From NCBI GenBank assembly GCA_022605425.2, contig CM061249.1:1113746-1177745 (forward strand): a stretch of DNA of 64,000 nucleotides. Direction: 5' to 3'. Origin of the DNA: Hamiltosporidium tvaerminnensis FI-OER-3-3. Its lineage: Eukaryota; Fungi; Microsporidia. Below the pieces are notes generated by a model that worked only from the letters and a program-made list of their open reading frames with translations, was not told where the DNA came from and did no database searches. Below are positions 63,674-64,000 of the stretch, piece by piece; the stretch's first letter is position 1; the number at the start of each line of letters is the position of its first letter. Both the position numbers and the translations under genes were made by a program.

Positions 63674-64000
63674 CCAGGGCCAGGCCAGGCCAGGGCCAGG
63701 GCCAGGCTGAGGCCAGGCCAGGGCCAGGGCCAGGCCAGGCCAGGCCAGGCCAGGCCAGGCCAGGCCAGGGCCAGGCCAAGGCCAAGAAGGCCAGGCCAGG
63801 GCCAGGCCAGGCCAGGCCAGGCCAGGGCCAGGCCAGGGCCAGGGCCAGGGGCCAGGGCCAGGGCCAGGCCAGGCCAGGCCAGGGCCAGGGCCAGGCCCCA
63901 GAGGGCCAGGCCAGGCCAGGCCAGGCCAGGCCAGGCTAGGCCAGGCCAGCTAGGCCAGGCCAGGCCAGGCCAGGCGAGGCTAGGGGCTAGGCTAGGCTAG
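63674..64000 (+). repeat. Irregular (CCAGG/CCAGGG/CTAGG)n tract distal to the telomere; probable basecalling artefact of further telomere repeats
   Basis: Continues in register with TTAGGG (TT>CC). It is the reverse complement of CCCTGG, a known nanopore miscall of CCCTAA. Confidence 0.75.

Noticed and set aside
63305-64000. ORFs encoding poly-(RV) and poly-(GL)
   Set aside because: They are translations of the telomeric repeat, which has no stops in these frames.

Overview
This is a very AT-rich eukaryotic chromosome end that finishes in a (TTAGGG)n telomere at ~63.3 kb. Short intronless genes, CCC-type motifs just before ATGs and the TE content point to a large-genome microsporidian (Hamiltosporidium-like; inference). 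Conserved genes: HAP2/NF-YA, a CDH1/CDC20 APC/C activator, RPA3, METTL5 and acyl-CoA thioesterase II. Lineage-specific genes: three copies of a ~540-aa secreted-protein family with a mosaic promoter/leader/body structure, plus other secreted or membrane proteins. Decayed mobile DNA: a Stowaway-type DD39D mariner with intact TIRs, a Merlin/ISXO2 remnant, a Helitron, two RLE non-LTR fragments, and a 133-bp retroposed insertion with a 16-bp TSD. The most interesting signals are (1) a ~715-nt non-coding, hairpin-rich dispersed element, about 9 copies, with a conserved cUUCGg loop and no TIRs; (2) the recombining secreted-gene family arranged as inverted repeats; (3) polarised AACACCC/GGGTGTT minisatellite arrays bracketing core genes. 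Homopolymer frameshifts and the (CCAGGG)-like terminal tract suggest long-read basecalling errors. All alignments and folds were done by eye.
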